A stretch of DNA of 64,000 nucleotides. Source: the human T2T-CHM13v2.0 reference genome, Homo sapiens. Position 1 is the stretch's first letter. Each line of letters begins with the position of its first letter. Location of the stretch: assembly GCF_009914755.1 (NCBI RefSeq), contig NC_060932.1. One strand, 5' to 3'. The notes below the pieces were generated by a model. That model was not told the origin of the DNA, did no database searches, and worked only from the letters and a program-made list of their open reading frames with translations. Made by a program: the position numbers and the translations under genes. Below are positions 1 through 14,045 of this stretch, in pieces.

Positions 1-689
1 TCCTTCTCATCACACATTCACCAGTCCAGCTTTTCTCATGTCTCTTGGCTTCCCCAGTGCCCTCCCCAATAGCTTGCCCTGTATTTCTGCTTCCAAAGAC
101 CAGAGGGGTCCAAGGCAAGTCTTCCACGGAGTCTTGGAGAGGCTTTTCCACTCTTTCCCTCAGGCCTCCAGACCCAGGCCCTTCTCTTCCTGAGGGGCCT
201 GGGCCTTGTAGACTCCACAAGTTAAGTGGGTCTAGTGGCCTGCCTGGATCCCTGGGAGAAATCCCTGTATGGGCACAGCAAGCTGCGGCTCAAGGTGAGG
301 CAAATGAATGAGAGTGGAGAGAAAGAAAAGAAAGGAGATCCTCGAATCCCACCCAACTGAAAACAGCTTCGCACCCCTCACCTCGGGGCCTCAGCACCGC
401 CTTTAGTGGCCTTAGCTCTAACCCCAGGGTGCCTGTTTCTGACAAGCAGTGCTGGCTGGGGAGAAGCCCTCTCCCGTGAGTGCTGCTCACCCTATCAGGA
501 GCTCCAAGGCGCTTTAAGGAAACTCCTTTTGTCTCTAGAGGATGAAACAGATTCATTTACAAAGCAGTTTTCCTGAACTTAGTTAATGACCCTGATGGCT
601 GCGTGCTCTCTTGAGGGGCCAGAGAGGCAAAGCTGAGATCAAGGGCACTTCACTGTGCTTCTCTTTTCAACGGGGTCCCATTCTGGGCT

Positions 690-2620
690 CCCGACCACAG
701 CGGCTCAAATCTTAATTTGACATCACTGCAGATGAAACCCAAACCGAAGCTCTCGTACTGTTCCCGCGCTGAGCCCTCCCTCCCCATCTCACTGAGGCGC
801 GCACGCGGCCTGCCCTTCCCCTGGGGCCGGGACCTGGGGGGTTGGCTAGGGGCGGCCTTCCCTGCACTGTCGACCGGTAAGTCACCCGGGAGCCCAGGGG
901 AGCAACCAGGTCCTCCACGAAGGCTAGGGGAGCGGAAAGGGAGGAATCCTCAAACTGCCATCGGAGCTGGAATATGATCGGGCTGCATGGCTTCAGTTTT
1001 GAGATCAAAAGTAGAAGGAAGGGTGTTCATTTTATGTGACTTCCGCTCCCTGACCAGTTCTGAGCTTGCAGGTGGGGGCGAGGGTTCAAACTGGCTTGTA
1101 GTCGCGGGGAGGATATTGGACTCAGCACCCAGGGGTCCTGCGCAGGAGAAACCGCTGTGCTGTGCTCTTTAAGGTGCTGGGCCGTGTGCAGTCTGGGAGG
1201 AAGGGAGAGCCGCAATCTCTGTCTGCGGTGTTCATTTAGGTCTGACTTTCGAAACAATTTAGCAAAGTGAGATTCGTGGGCCCTAGTCTATTCCTAGTCA
1301 ATTTCCCTCCACGCTGAGCTTCGGAGCGGCAGTGGGCTGGGAAGTGGAGTGGGAGGCTGGACCAATTTGCCTGGAAGCCAGGTTTGCAAAGCAGGCGCAC
1401 CGATTCTCCTGGGCTCCTATGTTATTAAGGGATGCCCTCTGCACCCCACTAAAGCCAATCCCCTGCGCTGCCCCTGTGCCCGTCCTCTGTCCTTCTCCCC
1501 AAGCTAAACCAGCCTGGGCTAGAGGCCCGCCCCTGGCCTCTTTCACGCCCACTCTCGGGTCCCTAAACCATGCCCCGCCCCCAGGCGCCGGGGCCACTAG
1601 CGCCGCCGCGCGCGCTTCCCTAGGAACGTTGTCCAGCGCCGCCCGCCGCCCGCCCCTTCCAAGCTCTTGCAGCCCCTCACCCCAAGTGGACCCAACCCTC
1701 AGTCCCCAGCAATGCTAATGGACTGTCTTAGAAGGCAGAGAACTGCAACCCTGGAACCCATTAGTCCAAGGAGGACCTATTTAATTCCTGTAAACAGGAG
1801 ATACTATTTAACCGACTTAGAGTTTAAAAATAAACAGCCAGGCCTTGGGGTGGGGGATGGAGGGATGTCAAGCAACGGAATGGCACGGTGAATCCACATT
1901 CCGGCATTCCACACCTCGAGGGCTCGGCTCGATTCAGTCCCCTGGTCCAAAGAGTGTCGTTTGACCCGGGTTATTCAATACCCGAGGGGTTATCGAACTA
2001 ATGGCTTTCCTTTTACTTAAAAGCCCCCAGGGATTACTGTTGATTTGCTCTAAGACCTTTGGTGCACGCAGTAGTCCTAGCAGGAAACAAAAGTTCTCGT
2101 TCTGCCCTGTTTCTATCATACCATCTTCCTCCCCACAGTCTCCACCTCATTCCCTTCTTCCTTCTCCGCCACCGCCCCAGAAAGACGTCACCACTTTCGA
2201 GGAGGTGTGTAAGAACCTCAAGGACTCCAGCTAAGAAAAACATGTGGTGTTAGGGCCTCCGATGCAGTGCCCTGCGTTCCCCGCGGGTCCAGGTGACACG
2301 CATCCTCTCCGGTCGGAAAGAGGAGCTTTCAAGTCCTGATTCAATTGGGGGGTGGGGAGGGTGGAGAAGAGGGATTCGCCAGGCCTGTCGTGATCTGTGG
2401 TCTGAGTGACTTTTTTCTTTTAATGCGCAGAAACCACAAGGATGTTTGAGCACGTTTTTAGATCCCCTCCCCCATCGGCAACTCCACCGCGCGAACTCCC
2501 AGAGGCCCGAGAGCCTCCCGCGTTGAGGAAAACGCTATGTCCGTCTCAGATTAGCCTCCTTTGCCAAGGAAACTCGCCAAGAATCCCTGCGCAACCTGCG
2601 CTCTCGCTGTAGAGCATACT
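690..2620. promoter_or_regulatory. Intronic CpG-rich segments with GC boxes (~1525-1660)
   Basis: CpG clusters at 750-960, 1525-1660 (gcgccgccgcgcgcgc, gcccgccc) and 2250-2620. Confidence 0.6.
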
Positions 2621-3687
2621 AGGTGGTCTTTCTTTCTTTCTTTTTAGAATCTTCTTGCTTTTCCCTGTAAGGCAGACCTTAAGGCCTTAAGGATTGGAAC
2701 TACAATAACTGATGTTTAACAGCAAGTCAGTGCCTAAGAGTTTGGTCTGTGGCCTTAAACGTGCCTTACTTATTCGAACCAGAAGAGCAAAACAAACTTC
2801 CAATTTAAGGCTTCTTTCCCTTACCCCCAGGCTTTTTGCAGGACCTTCCAGTTCACCTGGCTGGAGGAGGACCGTGAGCCTGGACAGTGGCACAAACCCC
2901 GTGCCCGCGCTCATGCAGGCGCACCCTCATACGCACACACTTGAACGCTTAGCAAGTCTTTTCCAAGGCTGTTCCCTCTTTCCGGGGAAATAAAGCCTAG
3001 ATTGGAACCTTCTGCCCAGCTTCCTCATTTGGCCGTCTGGTCTGCATTAGTGTTTTTATAAGGGACTCAAACAAATCGAATACAAGGTCACCAAATAATT
3101 AACAGTTGTGAATTCCCTCCGTCCCCATTAAAATACTTCCCTGCTTATATTTCATTTTCGGTTTGCCAACGACAACAGGGTACCGGCAAAAGCACTGCTG
3201 AGTTGATTACACCACTCTGCGGCTCAGGTCCACCCAGAAACCCGCTGTTTTGCATAACATGAGGTACCAGATGAACTTCAATCGCGAGGGGACTATGCAA
3301 CTCTCTGAATGCCCTCCCCGCAGCCGGGCTATTCCCAGAATGGTCCTGCTCTGCCCTTTGGTAATCACGACCCAGAAGGTGAATGGAGAAGCCAACAAAC
3401 AATCAGTGGCAAACTGTCCTGAGAGTTATTTCTAGGGCATCAAGTTCTTCAAGGATGTTCCCATCTCGTTTTGGTTTTTATCTGTTCCTTACTGCCTCCT
3501 TTTTGAGAATATTATTACAACAAGAAAAAAGTAAAGGGTATTCTTATTTCAAAGCCATCTGGAAACCTAACTCACAGCAATAGTCTTAGACTCATTTCGG
3601 TTCTCTCATTCTTGAGAGTTGTTTTTTCTCCTTGTTGGAATTATGTGGCACCTTTCCCTACATAAACTGAAAGTCTGAATCAGTCAG

Positions 3688-3710
3688 TCTCTTTCTCTCT
3701 CTCTCTTTCC

Positions 3711-3741
<31 letters not shown>

Positions 3742-3792
3742 TCTCTCTCTCTCTCTCTGTCTCTCTCTTTTCCTCCCTCCCCTCTATCTCTC
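3688..3792 (+). repeat. (CT)n polypyrimidine microsatellite
   Basis: ~105 nt of CT repeats with repeated TTTCCC interruptions. Confidence 0.95.
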
Positions 3793-4269
3793 AGCCCTGC
3801 TAAATTCATAGAACTAATTGTCTGGCTTTCCCAGGCCCCAGGGCTGGGGGTCCAGGGCCCCAGTACTAGTAGCCTTTTAATGAGTTATTTCATGAGCAAA
3901 TTGTAATTTCATCATATCCAACCTTGTCCATTCTCATCCCATGATGGCACCTAAACACACAGGCACACACCTTCTCACCTTTATGGATCCAACATCATTT
4001 TTAAAGCACAATATAAGAGCATTTTTAAAAATCAGGGATAATATGGTTTGTGCATCTGCTAAAATAAGAACAGGAGGAAGCAAAGCACACCAAAATTCAG
4101 ACCCTCACATCTAGTTTCACTCACACTCCTAACTGGGTCTTAAGTGACTGCAGACAAATATTAGACTGGGGGAAAATCTTTCCATTTTTTGACTTCTGCT
4201 TCTTGTCATCATCCATTAGAAACCACCTCACCACTTAAACTATCTATACAGTGCTCTAGTTAAACATGC

Positions 4270-4490
4270 AGGGTCTCGAATCTTATATAGGCCCCACCTC
4301 TCGCTAGCTGTGTGACCTCGAGCAACTTGCTTAACTCCTCTGTCTTCTTTACTTCACCTGTAAAACGTGGTGATGATAGCGTTTTCCTAGGAAGTGGTTG
4401 TGATAACTAAGCGAGATAATTCATGTAACCAATTTTAGTGCAATGCTTGGTACACAGTAAATTTTCAATAAATCGTGGTTACTATTATTA
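4270..4490 (+). mobile_element. MIR SINE
   Basis: Core ctagctgtgtgacctcgagcaacttgcttaac...ctgtaaaa and 3' end tggtacacagtaa...caataaat. Confidence 0.75.
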
Positions 4491-4779
4491 CTCCTAGGTG
4501 TCTGGAGAGCATACTGAAAGAAGGGACCTGTTTTAGGTTTGTTTGGTTTCTTTTTTTTTTCCCCAATAAGTTCTCCTCCTGGAGGATAGGGAGAAGTGGC
4601 CTGGGATGGAGTACAGAACTTGCTTTCTTTATAAACCTAAAGCGTCCTTCATTCACTTTGGGCAGAGTTTATGCCTGTTCTCCCACTCTCAACCATAGGC
4701 TTCAGGTGTAACTTTGGGGTTTCCGGGGTAAGGAAGGCTTTTTACAGATACTGTACAGGAGCAAGTCGCCCATGCCTCC

Positions 4780-6450
4780 TGGACTGACTTCGGGGCTCCT
4801 TTCCTTTTCTTCGCTCCTCCCCTTGGGGGACCCCCGGCTCCACCGAGCCAGGCCAGCCCCACTCGACGGCGATTTAAACATCCCTTAGGCAAGGCGCCAA
4901 GTTAGCGCTGCTGGCCCAGCTCTAGGCGGGCCGCTGCTCTTTCCTCCTCGCCAGGCCGTCCACGCGTTGGGGGAGGGGACCCTAGGGGGGTTGGCGCGGT
5001 TAAGAGCCCCACGTGAGAGGGGCGGAAGTCCTTGCCAGGAGCCGGGGATGCGCGGCTGGCGGGTCCCTTCCATCACGGGAGACGAGACACCGTTTGATGT
5101 GTTATGACATGAACCCTCAATTAGATCGCTGAGTTGAAACACTCCAATCAGGGGCCCGATGCTAAGCAAGCCCCGGAAGGTCCAGCCTGAGGTCACCGCC
5201 GGTGACACATCAAATCAAAATCAGTGAGAGGGAAAGTGAGGCTTTCCCTTTATCAAGCTGGGGCTGCAGCCAGCAACGCACCCCCTCCTCTGCGCACCCC
5301 TCCCGCCCGTGGCTCCGCACTCCTTCACCCCCGCGCGGCGTGCGACAAGCCGCACCGCCTTCCCAGTCAACGAACTGCCTTTCTTCGCATTTTCTGAGAA
5401 CCCGGAGACGCGGAGGAGACAGCGCCTTTGAAGATGCTGTCCGGGTGGTCATGCAGCGTCTCCTCCCGCTGTGGACCGCTCGCATCCCCAGCCCTCCACC
5501 GCATTCCGGGGTTGTAGCGGTACTTGTGGATCTCGGTCCTGCTAGTCTGGAGGCCTTGGCTCGGGAACAGAGGCCTCCCCAGACTGGGTGCACATGCAAT
5601 CCCTCCTCTATCTCCAGGATCGGGGGCATACAGCGCAGTGGCGGGGATGGGGGTGGGGAGGCTACAGGGCAAACCAGGGTAAAGTGATTTCGCGTCTACG
5701 CCGGATTGGGGCCCCCAAGACTTTTCCCCAACCCTTGTCTGAATGCCACAGGCTTCCGGAGACACCTCCGAACAGCCCGCAGGGTCTTTTGGTCCTGTGC
5801 CAAATTCACAGGGCGCAGCGAACCAGTTATGGTGCCCACTTGGGGGAGGGGCAGAGATTCTTGCCACTTCATTCCCGGGCAAAGAAAATCCGCGCCCAAC
5901 CGCCGGCCAGCCTAGGCCTCTGGGACTTCTTCTCTTGAGGAAGGGCCTCTTGAGCAGTCTTCTCTGAGCTTCCTTAGCCTCCTTCCGCAATTGTAGTAGA
6001 GAAAGTGCACGATTAACAGAGGACTTTGAGGGACAGAAACAACTGTAGCAAGGCGTGCGTCGTGGGGAGGGTTGGCGAGCTGCACGGGCAGCACGGAGGC
6101 CAGGGACTCAGTTGCACTACTACGAAGAAGCCACATGTCTTTGCAAAGGTGACTTTAGTAGCCCTAAAATCATCATAAAATACCTGGCGTTAATTTGCCC
6201 TCTGGACCTTTCAGCAGCTCATGAACCTCGCTGACCTCGGGCTGCAGCGGCGAGACCCTCGAGCAAGGAACGCGACTATGAGTGAGAGGCGGGGACTGGA
6301 GCCGGGGAAGAGCTCGGGGCTGGGGGCGGGGGGGCCGTTAGCCTGCTCTAAAAAGCTTAAGAGATGTGCGAGCACCCAGGGTAGCAGTGGCTGAAGCAGC
6401 TTCCGAATCCCGAACCCCAGCGCTGCAAGGTTTCCGGGCAACCCCACTTA
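4780..6450. promoter_or_regulatory. Intronic CpG-rich island
   Basis: Dense CpGs (e.g. ccgcgcggcg, cgcggctggcggg) in non-repeat sequence. Confidence 0.7.
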
Positions 6451-7192
6451 ACTGGGAGCAGGTCAAAGTCATGGAGCTAAGTCTAGGGAGGATGGAGGAG
6501 TGGATATCTGCCTAAATCGCTTTTATCCCGTCATTTTCTTCCTTCCTTCTCTTTACTCTTCCTTTCCTTTTTCTCCCTTCCTTTCCTGTCTCCTTCCACA
6601 TTATTGTCTCTCTCCTTTAGGAGCTTAGTTTCCGATGCCTGTGGATCCTTCCCTGATTTCTGGGACCAGAGGTGGTGCGAGGTTTTCTTGAGGGCACTGG
6701 CCACGCTGCAGATCAACGCCGGTGGCAAGAAGGGGCCGCAAGGGTTTCCGCAGACACCCACACATGCAGGCGTTCCCACAGAGGGTACCAGGGATTTCCC
6801 AGACCCCCACCAGCCCTCAGGAATAGCGTAGAGAGAGGAACGTCGCCTGGCTGAGAAAGGTGGATGGGCATACCCATGTACCTTTGTGTATTAAGTACCC
6901 ACAACCTCCGAACTTAGCCGTCCCTGTCCCGGCCCGCCCAACTGCTGCCGCCGCATCTGCAGAAACCACTCGTGTTGAGGCCTCGGAGCAGCCGGGAGCA
7001 CCACGCTGGAGCAAAAAAGCCGGAGGGCGCAGGGCTCCAGCCCGGCTGACCATCCCACCCAGCGCAGGGACCAACGGAAAACCCGCGCGGCGCCAGGACC
7101 AGGGGGCTGCCCGACGCCGCTCGCGGACTAGTTCCTCAGACTGTGGGACTCCCTAGTGCCGGCTTTGCCCAGGGCTTTCCAAGGCTGTCTCA

Positions 7193-8791
<1,599 letters not shown>

Positions 8792-9964
8792 CTATTCCCG
8801 ACCCTCGAGGTCAGGCAAAGGCCACGAGTCTTTAGAGTTTGGATCGATGCTAAAAGCTGCTGCGCTCCCCTGCAGGCCCCAGCCTCTCCTCTCGCAGTCC
8901 CCAACCTCTTCTGACGCAGACTTTAGCTGCTCCACTTCTTCGTCTGCTCCCGGGATCCTCTCCCTCTCGCGGCCTGCCCCCCGCCTCCACTGCATCCCCA
9001 TTTTCCCTCTCTTCTTTCCCTCCCGCCTGCAGGACTTCCTCCTTCCCCAAGTTCCTTCTGCATTCCAATCCCTCTTCCCCAGCCTGCTTTTCTTCTCACA
9101 CTGCCCTCCCATCTCACACTGCCTTCCCACCCTCTCTCTTCCCGGCCTCCCCCCTCGCCTTCCAGTGGACCCCTCCCTTTGCAGCTCTACCCCAATCTGT
9201 TTCTCTTCAGCCCAGCCTCGCCCCATCACGAGTTTCCTTTATCTGTCCCCAGATTCCCCGTGCCTGTCTTCCCCGCCCACTGCCTCGCTCATTCCTGGGC
9301 CTGCACGCTGAAAGGCGATGCGGCGTAGCGCTGCTTCTGTCTGCCACAGTGCTCTGCCCTGGACTGCTATGGGCAGAAGAGTTTCCCTCAGTACTGATTG
9401 GGTGCTCAGGCACCAACCATAAAGTACCCTCCTTTAATCGTGCCAACAGCTTTGTGAGGTTGGCGTTGACTATTTTCACCTTCACGGATGGAAAAAAAAA
9501 AGACTCAATGGAAATAAGTGACTTTTCCAAGGCCACTCTGCCAAGAGGTTATGCAGCAAGGGACAGAACCCAGGCTCCCACCCCAAGCCCAAGATTCTTC
9601 CCACTACAGCATAGACAGTCATTCCTGGCCCAACTTCTCTATTTCAGTTCTGGCTTTTTTCTTCTCTTTATGGTTTCACTTGATCTCAGGTGGCTTCTTT
9701 CTCCGCCATGCTACTTTCTGTGTGTGTTCCCAGTCTCTCCAATCTCCTCCCTCTCACTTTCTAACCCCTTCTTCCTTTTGCTTTTTCATCACCTCTTCTG
9801 TCCTGCAGGGACCACTCACATGACAGCCTGCAGGGGGAGGGAGTTTTGCTGCGCTGCTCCCCTCATCCTTTAACTTCCTTAAGGTCTGGGATATGCCCTC
9901 CACCCTGGACACTGGCCTCCTCCAGGTAATGGCAAGCACCCACAGAGAACTTGTGTGTCAGTCA

Positions 9965-10110
9965 TGGTTTGAAGCCCTTCGCCAATATTATTTTACTTAA
10001 TCTTCACAGCAATCCTGAAATAAGTGCTGTATTATTCCTATTTTACAGATAGGGAAAGTGAGGCCCAGGGTCACACTACTCCAGAGTCTGGGCTCTTAAT
10101 CACTGGGCTA
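9965..10110 (-). mobile_element. MIR fragment
   Basis: ttaatcttcacagcaatcctg...attttacagatagggaaagtgaggc. Confidence 0.65.
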
Positions 10111-11189
10111 TTGAGCTTGGCTGCTCTCCCCTTGGTCTCCGTGGATGCCCCTTCTGGCCCTATCCCAATTCTACTTATGTCCCCTAGTTTGGGTTTCATG
10201 GTTGTCAAGTTCTGAGACCTTATACTTGAAGGTGCTTTTACTATAATATTTTCTTCCTTCCTCTCTCTGTGCTTTAAAATGGCTTGTTAATATTTACAAT
10301 AAAATAAAATAAAAGGAGATAAACTGAAAGAAAAAATTATTTCTCAAATTTTTGCCACTACAACAAATCCAAATGTTTTTACCTTTTGGGTTCCCTTCCA
10401 CTCCTTCTTTATTTGTTATGCACATATCCTTTTCATATTATTGTAATCCAGGGATAGATATTATGTTGGATTCCTCCCTTGTCACTTAACATTTTACAAC
10501 CAAATCCACTGCCTTCGATGTCTCTCCCCTATGTCCCCCCTTCACTGCCCCTCTGCTGGCCTGCAAATGCAATCTCTGTAAAACCACAGACTCAAAACTC
10601 CCCATTTCTCATTTGCAGAAGGAACATTTCCCCCCTGCCTACCTGTCGCCTGTGGGATGTAAGTGGTCTTTTTTGGCCTGCCCTGTGTCTTGCTCTGTAT
10701 GTCTGCCTCTCAAGTGTCATCCGGGAAAGTGCCCTCCTTGTGATCTATTTCCATCCCTTCCCCAGGAAACAACACTTGTGGTTTGTGTTATCAATATTTT
10801 AATTTCTATCAGTATGGTGCCTGGTTAACAATGATTCATAGTTTTACAGTTTCAGACCCTCCATCCAATAAGTACTGTATGTTTCCTGCCTGCAGAGGCA
10901 ACTCTATGTGTTCTCTCTTCATTTTGCCCACAGCAATTATTATCTGCTGCAAGTTATCAGTAAACAGGAAACAAAGTAATGAGCCTATTGCTGTGGTTTA
11001 GGACCTCTCAGCCTGCTAGATGGAGCCACACGGAACAGTAAATGACACTGAAACAGGGACCACAAAGGCCATGGTCTGTTGTCCTTCAGGATTCCCCTGG
11101 GGCTGACATTACCCTCCGTCATCGCTATCAGCCTCGGGTCTTTGCAAGAAAAGTTCTAGCTGGTCTTTGCCTGAAAGGGCTGCAGCGAT

Positions 11190-11320
11190 CATTTTACAGG
11201 TGAGGAAACAGAGGTGCAGACAAACTCAGTGGAGAGAGCCCGAGGTTTTAAACTAGTCCAAAATACAGCTAGGATTAGGAGCCAAGACATTCTGACTCCT
11301 AAGCGAATGCTTCTCCTGTA
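11190..11320 (-). mobile_element. MIR fragment
   Basis: cattttacaggtgaggaaacagagg. Confidence 0.6.
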
Positions 11321-11466
11321 TTAAAAAAAAAATTTCAAAGATCATGACAATGACCCACAGTAGTATATAGTGTCTGATCTCTTCCTCTCCAGTGGGTAAA
11401 TTTCAGATAGTTTCAGATAGGAATCCACCCCAATGTGGAGACCACACCAAAGCCTTTGCACTCATG

Positions 11467-11470
<4 letters not shown>

Positions 11471-11498
<28 letters not shown>

Positions 11499-11500
11499 TG

Positions 11501-11555
<55 letters not shown>
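11471..11555 (+). repeat. Compound (CT)n(GT)n microsatellite
   Basis: Seen directly; about 21 TG units. Confidence 0.97.
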
Positions 11556-11558
<3 letters not shown>

Positions 11559-13339
11559 AATAAAGATACGAAGAGCAAACCACAAGTCCAAATCTGCTTT
11601 TAAGATCTCTTCAGGGAACATTTTGAGTCTTTGAACTAGTGCTATAGAATTTAAATTTTCGATCTAATCTTAGATGTTCTAGTAATCTTAAACAACTTTA
11701 TCTGTGAAAAATGTTAGAAAAGTGAAAGTTTCTTGAGATGCATTGAGAAGGTCTGATGTGAGCACCGTGGCATTCTTGTAGTGGTTAGATTTTTCTACAC
11801 CAAACAGATGGAAGACGTACAACTGTGCAGTATGGTATCTCCTGCCCCCCTGTGGACGCCGACGGAGTTACCTGTGGAGAACCAAAACAATACTGGACAG
11901 GAGCATGCTTACAGGCACTTTCAAAGTTGAGCAAGGGATAGTGGCATCTATTAACATAATTTTAAGAAATCAGAGAGTCATGTCTAAGGTATGTGTATCA
12001 TTTGGCAACAAAACATCCATAAATGAGAGATCTGTCCACCCAGAGATACAGGACCAAAAGCAAATAGAATTATCCTGTTATTATCTCAAATCGGTGCTGG
12101 TATTGTTTTAAAATTATTATTTTACAATAATCTAGGGAGAGAAGATTCTCTTAAATAAGTAGAAGACTTTATATCTTTTGTTATTTCATTTTTCATTCAG
12201 GTGTCACTCCAAAGACAACTTTTATAACAATGACTGAGGATGTTGGACTTTGGTATGGACTCCACCTAGCTGTGAAGTAACCATACTTTAAGGGGCTCTG
12301 GAAATATACTCTAGAAAGATGTCTTAGCACCTGAAATTTTGCAAAAATAAAGTCACTTCTTTAAGGTACTTTCTTTATAAGACCCCTGTTGAAACACAAA
12401 CATTATCTAGTAGGATCCCTATTCGTATTTTACTACCACTATTAGACTATTCCAAATAAACTAATAATCCTGTAAGACTGGCTAGCTGACACCTATTTGG
12501 TCTAAAAGTAATGAGACTTAAGATTGGTGGATTTTGATTATAAGAAGACAGAAAGGGCTGGGTTTTAAATTCTGTTCCTTTGCACTCCTAGAGCCTCTGG
12601 CAAGAATAAGGAAGAAACCAATCAGGTGCACCTCAGGTTACCCACACTTGCTTCAGCCTGAGCAGTCCTGCTTTTATCTGTTTTAGACAGTCTCATAAAA
12701 TTTCATCTGCAAAAAGATCCCTCAAAAAAAGAAAAGAAAATGAAAGCTATTGGCTTAGAGTACTGGGTAGTGTTCCTCAGAGGGTGGTCAGGGTGAAAAA
12801 TGCGTGAAGTCTTGAGCAGCAGGAGGAAAGCTAAAGACTCTGCTTCAGGAAAGTGGAAGAAGAGGCAAAAAAAAAAAAAAACAAAAAAAACCTGTGACAG
12901 ATACACACAAAATACAGCTTCTCCTTTATCTCTTAGACTGGGAGGTACCAGCCCTATTAATACCCTCTGTTTTCCCTAATTTATATTGAGACTGATTATT
13001 CCATTTCTTTTGTTTATTTATTTGTTTCCTTGGCAGAATAATTTACAGAGAAGTTAAGTGAAACGAGTTGTGCCAGATGACAGAATACTCTGGGTCTCAG
13101 CGTCCCCCCACCATCAGCTGAACGGGGTCTCAGTGAAAGGCAAATCAGAGATTCAGTTGGTCCCATGCGTGCCACCAGAATGACAGCACTGAGATTGGTA
13201 GGAATTGGCATTTTAGTTCTGGATGTTGAAAGAAGCACCAACACTCACGGGGGGGAAATCAAAGCAACCCAGTCACTGCCCTTCTTTGGTTCCACTGCAG
13301 GGCACATAGATGTCCAACCATCTTGTAGTTTGCCAACAC

Positions 13340-13525
13340 CAGTGGTTCTCAAAGTGTGGCCCCTCAAGCAGCGTGTATCAGCATCACCTGAAAACTTGTT
13401 AGAAATGCTAATTCTTAGGCCTCACCCAGATTCAGAATCAGAAACTCTGTTGCTAAGGCCCAGCAATCTGTGTTTTGACAAGCCCTGAAGGAACTCTGAT
13501 GAACACCAAGATTTGAGCCCCTCTG
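13340..13525 (+). mobile_element. MER5A hAT-Charlie MITE
   Basis: cagtggttctcaaagtgtgg...agcatcacctg...cttgttagaaatgc...cccagcaatctgtgtttt. Confidence 0.85.
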
Positions 13526-13854
13526 GCCTACACCATGAAACAGGGGCAAGTTACCTGCCAAGAACTTCAAGAAACGCTTTGATTTTAAAGGGAAAGCTGT
13601 AAAGGAAATGCATAGTATGCAATTTTATTTTCAAATTAATGATTCTCATTCCTAATGAGCAAATAATTTTCATTCTCCATGTGAACCACGTGTATTTAAT
13701 TGCCTACAGCCATACCAGGCCAAATGTAGCTAATCTGGCTTGATCTCTAAAAGTAAGTGAAATTGGGCCTGTTTATAATCTGAAAGAAAGACAGAAACGT
13801 CATCAGAATGAAGTTGACTGCAGACATCTTCTTATACACTCTGGATGTTAAATG

Positions 13855-14045
13855 AGGGGCTTAGAGCCATGGGTTCGGATCTCAGCTCCGTCACTTCCTA
13901 GCTACGTGAATTCAAAATCTTCTACTGTGAGTTTTGTCACCTCAAACAGAGGTGAAAATATGTCCCTCTAAGTTTTTTGTGCAGACTATACAATAACATA
14001 TGTAAATTCTTACCACAGATGTAAGTAAATATGGTGATTATTAAT
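13855..14045 (+). mobile_element. MIR
   Basis: gggttcggatctcagctccgtcacttcctagct core. Confidence 0.6.

Noticed and set aside
5202-5990. Cluster of 116-207-aa ORFs in intron 1
   Set aside because: Overlap on both strands in GC-rich DNA with no domain or exon structure.
11842-11856. CTCF-like CCACAGGGGGGCAG on the minus strand
   Set aside because: Mismatches at core positions of the motif; too weak without ChIP data.
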